Shown here: in pieces, positions 9,544-17,120 of the stretch
How the letters are laid out: the number at the start of each line of letters is the position of its first letter
How positions within the stretch are numbered: the stretch's first letter is position 1
Origin: an uncultured Planctomycetia bacterium
GTDB taxonomy: Bacteria; Omnitrophota; Gorgyraeia; 2-02-FULL-51-18
Direction of reading: 5' to 3'
Assembly (NCBI GenBank): GCA_964642015.1
Contig: CAZXLF010000001.1
Coordinates: forward strand, 368,168 to 432,167
Length of the DNA stretch: 64,000 nucleotides
The notes under the pieces: model-generated
What the model was told of the DNA's origin: nothing
Databases searched by the model: none
Seen by the model: the letters and a program-made list of their open reading frames with translations, nothing else
Translations under genes and position numbers: made by a program

Positions 9544-10260
9544 ATGCCAACAGTTATTCAGGAACAGATAAAGATTTTGGTAGAATTGCAGAAGATAGAT
9601 TCCGAAATCTACCATTTAAAAAAAGAATTGGAAACGCACCCGTTGCTTAAGCAAAAGGTCGAAGCAGATTTTGAAAAAAAGAAATCTCGTTTGAAAACAG
9701 CGGAAGAAGAACTCAAAGCGGCGCAGTTGAAGCAAAAGCAGAAAGAAGTTGACCTTCAGGCTCAGGAAGAAAAAATAAAAAAATTGCAATCCCAACTTTA
9801 TCAGTTGAAAACAAATAAAGAATATTCGGCAATGGATATGGAAATCAAGGGTCTCAAGGCTGATAATTCTGTGCTTGAAGAAGATATATTAAAGCTTCTG
9901 GATGCGGTCGATCAAGCCAAGATCAAATGCACTCAGGAAAAAGAAGCTTTGGCTAGCGAGGAAAAGAAATCAAAGGAAGAACTTGCAAGAGTCGCTCAGA
10001 GAGCGACGGAGATCCAGTCGGATCTGGCGGCGCATGAGGAAAAAAGAAAAAGTTATGTCCCCAACGTTGATACCAAACTTGTCGCTCAATACGAGAAGAT
10101 TTTGAAAGGCCGGGAAGGTTTGGCGCTGGTGCCGGTGAGAAATAATTCGTGCAGCGGCTGCCATTTGGAACTGCCGCCTCAAGTCGTGAATGAAATACAG
10201 ATGCAGGACAAGTTGATCGTCTGTGAATCCTGCGCACGGATCCTTTATTGGTCACCGTGA
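9544..10260 (+). CDS. Coiled-coil protein with C4 zinc ribbon (DUF164/CT398-like)
   Basis: LVELQKID, long coiled coil, CSGCH...CESCARIL. Confidence 0.9.
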   Translation: MPTVIQEQIKILVELQKIDSEIYHLKKELETHPLLKQKVEADFEKKKSRLKTAEEELKAAQLKQKQKEVDLQAQEEKIKKLQSQLYQLKTNKEYSAMDMEIKGLKADNSVLEEDILKLLDAVDQAKIKCTQEKEALASEEKKSKEELARVAQRATEIQSDLAAHEEKRKSYVPNVDTKLVAQYEKILKGREGLALVPVRNNSCSGCHLELPPQVVNEIQMQDKLIVCESCARILYWSP

Positions 10261-10682
10261 AGTCGGTTAAAAAAACGAAGCTGATCGCGTATATTGACGG
10301 TGCTTCACGCGGCAACCCCGGTCCGGCCGCTGCAGGCGTTGTGTTTCAGGATACCGCCGGACAGGTAATAAGGACTCTTTCGATCAGGATTGGTGTTTCG
10401 ACGAATAATATTGCTGAGTATTCGGCATTGATCTTTGCGTTGCAGGAAGCGGTAGCGATGCGCGCCAAAGAGATCGATATTTTTACTGATAGCGAACTCC
10501 TTGCCAAACAGGTCAACGGAGAGTATAAGATAAAAGATGATGCGATCAGAGTGCTGTATAGTTTTGTAGCGCATCTGAAGCGGAATTTTAGTAAAATAAG
10601 CGTAACGCATGTGCCCCGCGAGCGGAATAAGCTCGCTGATCAGCAAGCGAATAAGGCTTTAGACCAAGGTTTTTTATTGTAG
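10257..10682 (+). CDS. rnhA: Ribonuclease HI
   Basis: IDGASRGNPGPA, TNNIAEY, TDSEL and HVPRERNKLAD motifs. Start GTG 10257 or ORF start 10248. Confidence 0.93.
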   Translation: MKSVKKTKLIAYIDGASRGNPGPAAAGVVFQDTAGQVIRTLSIRIGVSTNNIAEYSALIFALQEAVAMRAKEIDIFTDSELLAKQVNGEYKIKDDAIRVLYSFVAHLKRNFSKISVTHVPRERNKLADQQANKALDQGFLL

Positions 10683-11010
10683 ATCGGATGATCGCGCCGC
10701 AAGGCGAGGAAAGTCCGGGCTCCACAAGCAGCGTGATGGGTAACACCCATCGCCGCCCAACGGCGGCAGGATCAGAGCAGCAGAGACGAGTTCCATTGCT
10801 GTAAAGTGATGGAAGTGAAACGGGCAATCTCCGCGCGGAGCAAGGTCAAATAGGGGAAGAACTCTTTAACTAGAGTGCGAGTGCTTACTCGCTGATTCCC
10901 GGGTAGACCGCTAGATCTTGCTAGTAATGGCAAGGCAAGATGAATGATCGTCACTTATGTCAATGATTCAAAGCGTTCACATAAGACAGAACCCGGCTTA
11001 TAGATCTACA
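10678..11010 (+). ncRNA. rnpB: RNase P RNA (type A-like)
   Basis: GAGGAAAGTCCGGGCTCC and ACAGAACCCGGCTTAT signatures. P1 TGTAGATC/GATCTACA; P2 GATGATC/GATCGTC; P15 GGTC/GACC; P18 with GTAA loop. Confidence 0.96.
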
Positions 11011-11015
11011 GTGAA

Positions 11016-11047
11016 CCAGCCCTTGGAATTTATTTTTCAAGGGCTGG
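11016..11047 (+). terminator. Hairpin after rnpB
   Basis: CCAGCCCTTG / CAAGGGCTGG inverted repeat; U-tail is weak. Confidence 0.55.
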
Positions 11048-11070
11048 GTAATTTCAAAAGAAACAAATAT

Positions 11071-11424
11071 ATGAAAACCAGATCCCGATATATTTTGACC
11101 TTTTCTTTATTTCTCGCTACGCTGTGCGCTTTAGCGCCGAATGCGTTTTCTACAGACGATGCTTCGACGCCAGCTGTTTCGACCGAACAGAAGAATAAGA
11201 TGGCAGATACCACTGTTTCCACCACAAACTTGATGTCCAGCGGATACAGCTTAGAAACTGATGACCAAAGTGCGTCGGAGAGCTTAGAACGCGTCTCTGG
11301 AAAGGTGGACATGGGTTTTTCATCCCCAGAGAATAGTTTTAAATCGCCTGATCATTATGCTCCGGGGCCTTTTGGCAAGGAAAAATCTGAAGAGCAAAAG
11401 CAAAACGGCGATCTTACCTACTAG
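11071..11424 (+). CDS. Hypothetical secreted protein
   Basis: MKTRSRYILTFSLFLATLCALAPNAFS signal peptide, then a Ser/Thr/acidic low-complexity body. The upstream ORF extension overlaps rnpB and was discarded. Confidence 0.6.
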   Translation: MKTRSRYILTFSLFLATLCALAPNAFSTDDASTPAVSTEQKNKMADTTVSTTNLMSSGYSLETDDQSASESLERVSGKVDMGFSSPENSFKSPDHYAPGPFGKEKSEEQKQNGDLTY

Positions 11425-11505
11425 TAGTCTCGGTATATTTATTCCACCAGCACCCCAACTGTTATAACCTTTTTAAGAATCCTTAGCGTTTTTAATTAAA
11501 AATTG

Positions 11506-11534
11506 TTGCGTAGTGGTATCTTTTTTGTTACCAT
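11506..11534 (+). promoter_or_regulatory. Putative sigma70 promoter with overlapping inverted repeat
   Basis: TTGCGT, 17 nt, TACCAT with extended TG. GTGGTAT (11513-11519) and ATACCAC (11533-11539) form an inverted repeat. Confidence 0.55.
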
Positions 11535-11583
11535 ACCACATATAGTATCTCCTAGAATCATCTAATTTTAACTAGGAGAGATA

Positions 11584-12618
11584 TTGTTTTTGTATCTTAT
11601 TTCACGTAGATCTAAGTCGGGGGATATGGGTCATCGGAGATTTGCGTTTTTTATCTTATTTGCTTCAACGGGGGGGTGTCTATTCACCCCCTTTTTTATT
11701 ATGCCAATGGCGGAAGCGGACACTATTATTTTGAAAAATGGAAAAGATCTGAAAGGACTTGTGGTTGAAAAGCATGTGGATCGAATCATTCTGAGCACTG
11801 AGAAAGGCGAGATTCCTATTCTGCTCAGCGGCATCAAGGATATTCAATACGATACACCTGAGCAGAATTTTTTCAAAGTAGGAAAAGCTTATGAGGCTGA
11901 AAATAAATTAGGGCAAGCACTAGCGTTCTATGAAAAAGCGTTGGAAGAAAATCCTAATTTTGAAGAAGCTAAGGTTGCGGCGTTGGGAGTGAGAAATCGT
12001 TTCTGGGCCAATTCAACCGAGGGTCCGGTAGACGAAGTTGAAAAACAACAGGCTGTTTATGACGCGTGGCAAAGAGGCTCTTCCGCGGAAGACGTCATCA
12101 AGAAAAAAGAAAAAGAACAAACAAGTCTTCTAAAAGAGCGTTTGGGTCTCACGATCGAGAAAAAAGGGGATTGGGTCCGTATTGCGAATCTGGATTCAAA
12201 GAAAGCTGTGGCATTGGCTGGTCTTAAACGGAACGACCGATTGGTTTCGGTCGACGGCGATTCTCTGCGTTATTTGAATCTCGAAGCAGTAGCAAAGTAC
12301 CTTCTTGTCCCCCGTTACTCTAATTTTAATCTCGAATTCGACCGCGATTGTCTTGTTGTCAAAGAGAGCGCTTTAAAGAGCATGAAAGATATGGGTTTTC
12401 AATTGAAACTGAAATATCAGGGTTTGATTATTTCGTCGGTCAAAGATCAGAGCGCAGCCTCTGCAGCCGGCCTGAAAGATGAGGACCTGCTTACGCACGT
12501 TAATGCTTCCCCGACTCGATATATGCCCATGAAGGATGCAGTGCGTTTGATAGAAGATCCAAAGCAGCAAAAAATTATTTTAACGATCAGACGTTCAGCT
12601 TTGCTGGCAAGGACTTAA
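11584..12618 (+). CDS. Exported protein with one TPR and two PDZ-like domains
   Basis: AEA|DTIILKNGK cleavage-like site; TPR (ALAFYEKALEENPNF); PDZ signatures ALAGLKRNDRLVSVDG and SAAGLKDEDLLTHVN. Start uncertain (11584, 11626 or 11701). Confidence 0.8.
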   Translation: MFLYLISRRSKSGDMGHRRFAFFILFASTGGCLFTPFFIMPMAEADTIILKNGKDLKGLVVEKHVDRIILSTEKGEIPILLSGIKDIQYDTPEQNFFKVGKAYEAENKLGQALAFYEKALEENPNFEEAKVAALGVRNRFWANSTEGPVDEVEKQQAVYDAWQRGSSAEDVIKKKEKEQTSLLKERLGLTIEKKGDWVRIANLDSKKAVALAGLKRNDRLVSVDGDSLRYLNLEAVAKYLLVPRYSNFNLEFDRDCLVVKESALKSMKDMGFQLKLKYQGLIISSVKDQSAASAAGLKDEDLLTHVNASPTRYMPMKDAVRLIEDPKQQKIILTIRRSALLART

Positions 12619-13056
12619 ATGGCTTCAACTTTCCGCAGAAAGAAATATCTTATCGATCGCGGCATACAGTTCCGTTTTGCGCGCTTTGTCATACTTTTTG
12701 TTTTCATGTCCTCACTTTTGACCGGCCTAACGATTTTTTTTACGACATTCATGATGCTTGGAGAAAAACTCGCGGCGGTTTATCCGCAGGGAAGACTTAT
12801 TGAAATTTTCCGTTCGGTTTATTTGGCTTTTTTTATTGATATGCTGGTCGTTGCACCGATTATTTTTGTAGGATCGATCGTGTTCTCGCATCGCATCGCA
12901 GGACCTTTGCCCAAAATTTATCAGGCATTGAAACATATCGGTAATGGAAATTTTGAACAGCATTTAGTTTTGAGAAAACATGACGAGCTGAAAGAATTAG
13001 CGTCCACCATTAATGAAATGGCCCTTAACTTAAAAAACAGAGAAGCGGCAAAATGA
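12619..13056 (+). CDS. Two-TM membrane protein with HAMP domain and no output domain
   Basis: RRKKYLIDRGIQ, SHRIAGPL...GNF...LRKHDELKELASTINEM; the protein ends shortly after HAMP. Confidence 0.85.
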   Translation: MASTFRRKKYLIDRGIQFRFARFVILFVFMSSLLTGLTIFFTTFMMLGEKLAAVYPQGRLIEIFRSVYLAFFIDMLVVAPIIFVGSIVFSHRIAGPLPKIYQALKHIGNGNFEQHLVLRKHDELKELASTINEMALNLKNREAAK

Positions 13057-13119
13057 CAAGCCGTGCCCAACGGGATCGATGATCCGCTGGGAAAAAGATC
13101 TAACGTTAGCATGTAAAAT

Positions 13120-13161
13120 GAGAGAGAACTTCTCGCATAGGGAGGTTCTCTCTCTGTGTTT
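13120..13161 (+). terminator. Probable intrinsic terminator after the HAMP gene
   Basis: GAGAGAGAACTTCTC / GGGAGGTTCTCTCTC stem followed by TGTGTTT. Confidence 0.65.
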
Positions 13162-13224
13162 ACGTGTTAAAGATGTTAAATCTTAAGTAAAAAATGATGA
13201 TAAAAAATATTTATATTAATAATG

Positions 13225-13298
13225 TTGACAAGGTGGTGCCAGAGATGTACAATCAACCCATAACAACCCAGAAAGTGGGGGAAAGTGGGGAGGTTGGT
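13225..13298 (+). promoter_or_regulatory. dcw (mraZ) promoter with MraZ-type repeats
   Basis: TTGACA (13225-13230), 17 nt, TACAAT (13248-13253). GAAAGTGGGG repeats with 10-bp period (13271-13290) and CAACCCA twice (13254, 13264). Confidence 0.8.
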
Positions 13299-13300
13299 AG

Positions 13301-13765
13301 ATGTTCTACGGAGAACATGAACATAGCGTCGATCGCAAGGGCCGACTCATCATTCCCTCAAAATTTAGAGAGGTTTTTAAAGAAAACTATGTGGAGCGAT
13401 TTTTTATCACTCGAGGTCTTGATTCGTGTCTCTTTGTATTCACGGAAGATGAATGGAAGAAACAGGAATCCAAGTTCAAATCGCTTTCGTTCACGAATAG
13501 CGAGGCAAGACAGTTCAACCGGCTCTATTTTTCCGGAGCCTGCGAGGTTAATTGCGACCGACAGGGAAGGATTTTAGTGCCTCAATACCTGAAAGATTAC
13601 GCAAAGATCAAGCGGGATGTGGTGATCGTCGGAGTTTCAAATCGCATGGAAATTTGGAGCAAGGAAGCGTGGCAGGAATTTTTTAAGAATACGAAGGATT
13701 CGTTCGAGAAGATCGCCGAGAATATTTTTGGGAACGGCGACAACTCATCAGCATTAACCCCATGA
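13301..13765 (+). CDS. mraZ: Division/cell-wall cluster transcriptional regulator MraZ
   Basis: MFYGEHEHSVDRKGRLIIPSKFR, DRQGRILVP, GVSNRMEIWS. Confidence 0.97.
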   Translation: MFYGEHEHSVDRKGRLIIPSKFREVFKENYVERFFITRGLDSCLFVFTEDEWKKQESKFKSLSFTNSEARQFNRLYFSGACEVNCDRQGRILVPQYLKDYAKIKRDVVIVGVSNRMEIWSKEAWQEFFKNTKDSFEKIAENIFGNGDNSSALTP

Positions 13766-13775
13766 GGAGGCCCTG

Positions 13776-13991
13776 ATGAAAAGAGAATACGTCAGAGGGC
13801 ATTCGAAACACAGCTTTGAAGATATTTTTGAGGACGGCATCTCGAACATTGAAAGCTTCAAGAGACGCCGGGCATTGCATTCGTTTTGGTCTCTGGATTT
13901 GAGTTCTAAGTTGTTCTTTGAGCGGGTCCTTCATGTCAAACGGGGCAGTGAAGTTGTGTTCGTGACCAAAAGTCAGGGTAGAGGCCGTTAA
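13776..13991 (+). CDS. Small basic hypothetical protein between mraZ and rsmH
   Basis: Perfect SD AGGAGG (13765-13770) 5 nt before ATG; the ORF fills the mraZ-rsmH gap. Confidence 0.6.
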   Translation: MKREYVRGHSKHSFEDIFEDGISNIESFKRRRALHSFWSLDLSSKLFFERVLHVKRGSEVVFVTKSQGRGR

Positions 13992-14021
13992 AAATTTTTT
14001 AAACGTCGCGATTGTTTAAAA

Positions 14022-14906
14022 ATGTTCTCGCACGTCAGCGTTCTTTTTAATGAAGCAATTGAAGGGTTGAATCTGAAATCAGGCAGTGTGATTGTGGATG
14101 GCACGCTTGGAGCAGGTGGACACGCGAAAGGTATTCTGGAGCAACTTGGATCCGCTGGGCGCTTGTTAGGTTTTGATAAAGACCCGGTAGCAATAGATAA
14201 GGCCAAAGAGCTTTTCAAGGAATTTGGAGATCGCGTTATGATTTTTCATGACGATTTTAGAAATATAGAATCCAAGCTGAGGTCTTTGAATCTTGAGGTC
14301 AATGGCATTTTGCTGGATTTGGGTGTTTCATCTCCGCAGTTTGATCAAGCCGAAAGAGGTTTCAGCTTCAAAACGAATGGTCCGCTGGATATGAGGATGA
14401 ATCCGGAAGAAACGCTAACCGCCAAAGACGTGATCGGGAATTACTCAAAGAGACAGCTTGAGGATATTTTTTGGCAATTTGGGGAAGAGCGTTATTCCAG
14501 AAGAATTGCGGATAGGATCGTAGAAGAGCGTCAAAAAAGGCGTATCAACACGACAGCGGAACTGGAGTCTATTATATGGCGCGCGGTTCCGGATAATTAT
14601 CGTCATGGCCGCATACATCCGGCAACAAGGGTTTTTCAGGCGCTTCGGATCGAAGTCAACAAGGAAATAGAGTCGCTAGAGATCTTTTTATCCAGGTTCA
14701 TGAATGTATTGGCCCCGGACGGCAGGGTGGTTATTATTTCTTTTCATTCGTTAGAAGATCGGCTTGTGAAAAATTGTTTTAGAGATTTGGCTCGGCAAAA
14801 AAGAGGACAAGTTTTGACAAAGAAACCAATGACCGCAAGCGCTTCTGAGGTTCAGAGAAACCCAAGATCCCGAAGCGCAAAAATGCGGATCTTCCGAAGG
14901 TTTTAA
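14022..14906 (+). CDS. rsmH: 16S rRNA C1402 methyltransferase RsmH
   Basis: HVSVL, VDGTLGAGGH, DLGVSSPQ, HPATRVFQALRI, FHSLEDR, NPRSRSAKMR. Confidence 0.98.
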   Translation: MFSHVSVLFNEAIEGLNLKSGSVIVDGTLGAGGHAKGILEQLGSAGRLLGFDKDPVAIDKAKELFKEFGDRVMIFHDDFRNIESKLRSLNLEVNGILLDLGVSSPQFDQAERGFSFKTNGPLDMRMNPEETLTAKDVIGNYSKRQLEDIFWQFGEERYSRRIADRIVEERQKRRINTTAELESIIWRAVPDNYRHGRIHPATRVFQALRIEVNKEIESLEIFLSRFMNVLAPDGRVVIISFHSLEDRLVKNCFRDLARQKRGQVLTKKPMTASASEVQRNPRSRSAKMRIFRRF

Positions 14907-14915
14907 GGAGATAGG

Positions 14916-15293
14916 ATGCGCCGTTTCACCGCTTTCATCGTTTGTATGACCTTGGCCGGCCTTGTTTATGTTTACGCCGAAGTCGAAGCGGTCGAGATCG
15001 GTTATACGATCCAAAAGCAAGAGCAAATGAAGGTTCAAGCGCTTGACCGGGCTAGGGCGTTAAAGTACAATATTGCTCGTTTAGAAGCGCCGCATAACCT
15101 TGAACGTAAATTGCTGGCGCAAAAGATTCAGTTGGAAGCCCCGAAACAGTGGCAGACGCTGGTGCTTGCCGCACCAGGAGGGGTCAAGACAGGGCCGTTA
15201 ACTCGAGAGCCGTTCTTTCAAGGCCCGCATTTTTTTGATAGGTTTTTTGTAGGTACTGCTCAGGCCGAAGCCAAGGAATCAGGGCGCAGTTAA
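14916..15293 (+). CDS. ftsL: FtsL-like cell division protein
   Basis: Sits between rsmH and ftsI. N-terminal TM, coiled coil, LEAPHNLE motif. Confidence 0.7.
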   Translation: MRRFTAFIVCMTLAGLVYVYAEVEAVEIGYTIQKQEQMKVQALDRARALKYNIARLEAPHNLERKLLAQKIQLEAPKQWQTLVLAAPGGVKTGPLTREPFFQGPHFFDRFFVGTAQAEAKESGRS

Positions 15294-15311
15294 TTCAGTT
15301 TTACAACTATT

Positions 15312-17120
15312 GTGACCGATACTCGATTATCCAAAACTCGGCTGTTCTTTATTTTTTGTTTTTTTCTGCTGGTCTTGGGTTGTCTCTTTGTTCGCCTAGG
15401 CTTTATTCAGATCCTCAAATCCTCTAAATATCTTCAAATCGCTCAAAGCCAATCACGTTCTGTTGTGGACATGCAGCCTGCGCGCGGTCGCGTTGTAGAT
15501 CGTAAGGGTGAAGAATTGGCTCTTGATGTGCGATTGGATTCTCTTTATGCAGTTCCGCGGGATATCCCCAACAAAAGGCAGGTTGCCGATAGATTGTCCC
15601 CTATCTTGGGCATTGATCGCGAAGAAATTTTCAGAAGGCTGGATCGCGACAAGATGTTCGTGTGGATCGCAAGAAAGATCTCAGGCGTCAAAGCTGATGC
15701 GATCAAAAAATTGAAAATCAATACGCTCGGTTTCGTTAAAGAATCAATGAGGGTTTATCCAAAGGGAGATACGGCCTGCCAATTGATTGGCTTTACGAAC
15801 ATAGACAACGATGGCTTGGAGGGGATCGAGCTCCGCTATAATAGTTTTCTCAAAGGGGTGCCGGGATGGCGGCTGGCACAGCATGACGCCAAGCAGCGTG
15901 AACTGGTATCCAAAGAGCTTGAAATGGTACCGCCGGTGGATGGTTACAACATTCACATGACCATTGATGAGGTGATACAGTCGATCGCCGAGAAGGAACT
16001 TGCTGAAACCTGTAAAAAATTCAATGCATTAGGCGGATCCGTTGTTGTGTTAGAGCCTAAAAGCGGGGATATCCTTGCGATGGCGACTTACCCTTCCTAT
16101 GATCTAAATAATTCCAAATCTTCGAATCCTGATAACCGCAGAAACAGGGCGATCACAGATCTTTATGAGCCGGGGTCGGTATTCAAATCCGTCACACTGT
16201 CTTCCATTTTGGAAAATAAGGTGTTTGGCCTTGATGAAAAATTTAATTGCGAGAACGGCGCATGGGCTGTTGCCGGCAAAGTGCTTCATGATCATACAGG
16301 ACACGGTATGCTGACTTTCCGGGAAGTCATTGAAAAATCCAGCAATATCGGGACCGTAAAAGGTGCAATGCGTTTAGGCGGGACCAAGTTGTATAAGACA
16401 ATCCTTGATTTTGGTTTTGGAAAAAGAACAGGCGTCGGGTTAGCCGGAGAAGTGGGTGGATTGGTCCCTAATCCCAAGAATTGGTCTGGCAGCTCGATCA
16501 TTAATATTCCGATCGGACAAGGTGTCGCGGTGACACCTCTGCAATTGGCAATGGCGATGGGTGCGATCGCAAATGACGGATGGCTCATGAAACCCCGCAT
16601 CATTTCGAGTATCGATGATCAAGATGGTAAAGTGATCCAGAGTTTTGAGGCGGAAACTGTCAGAAGAGTTATTTCCAAAGACACTTGTTTGCAGGTGCGT
16701 TCTGTGCTCGAGGGTGTCGTGAGTCGTGGTACGGGCAAGAAGGCTGCAGTTCCCGGATTTAAAGCGGCCGGTAAGACGGGTACAGCTCAGAAACTGCTAC
16801 CCGATGGGCATTATTCGCATGATCAATTTTTTGCGTCGTTCGTTGGTTTTGTCCCTTACGACGAACCGAAAGTAGTCATAGCGGTGAGCATAGACCAGCC
16901 TCACCCGGTTTATTATGGCGGTGACGTTGCGGCGCCCGCGTTCTCAAGGATCGCTTCCAGTATCCTGGCCTATTGGCAGATCTCGCAAAATACCGCTCCC
17001 CCTGAAGTAGTTTCTTCTTCCGCAAAAAATTTGGAAAGAAAAGGCAGAAAAGCTTCTTATAAGAAAGTAATGGCCCCGCCGATCGATATCAAATCCCAAT
17101 CAGGGATCGCCAGTCAATGA
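15312..17120 (+). CDS. ftsI: Class B penicillin-binding protein (FtsI/PBP3)
   Basis: RGRVVDR, RVYPKG, GLEGIE, YEPGSVFK (SxxK), KSSN, GKTGTAQK. Confidence 0.93.
   Translation: MTDTRLSKTRLFFIFCFFLLVLGCLFVRLGFIQILKSSKYLQIAQSQSRSVVDMQPARGRVVDRKGEELALDVRLDSLYAVPRDIPNKRQVADRLSPILGIDREEIFRRLDRDKMFVWIARKISGVKADAIKKLKINTLGFVKESMRVYPKGDTACQLIGFTNIDNDGLEGIELRYNSFLKGVPGWRLAQHDAKQRELVSKELEMVPPVDGYNIHMTIDEVIQSIAEKELAETCKKFNALGGSVVVLEPKSGDILAMATYPSYDLNNSKSSNPDNRRNRAITDLYEPGSVFKSVTLSSILENKVFGLDEKFNCENGAWAVAGKVLHDHTGHGMLTFREVIEKSSNIGTVKGAMRLGGTKLYKTILDFGFGKRTGVGLAGEVGGLVPNPKNWSGSSIINIPIGQGVAVTPLQLAMAMGAIANDGWLMKPRIISSIDDQDGKVIQSFEAETVRRVISKDTCLQVRSVLEGVVSRGTGKKAAVPGFKAAGKTGTAQKLLPDGHYSHDQFFASFVGFVPYDEPKVVIAVSIDQPHPVYYGGDVAAPAFSRIASSILAYWQISQNTAPPEVVSSSAKNLERKGRKASYKKVMAPPIDIKSQSGIASQ

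Noticed and set aside
10957-11070. N-terminal extension of the 10957-11424 ORF
   Set aside because: Overlaps the rnpB 3' end and its hairpin; ATG 11071 gives a clean signal peptide.
11533-11547. NrdR-box-like sequence ATACCACATATAGTA
   Set aside because: Single copy with mismatches, no tandem partner and no nucleotide-reduction gene downstream.
13194-13577. 127-aa + strand ORF overlapping mraZ
   Set aside because: Starts upstream of the mraZ promoter and runs out of frame through mraZ; no coding features.
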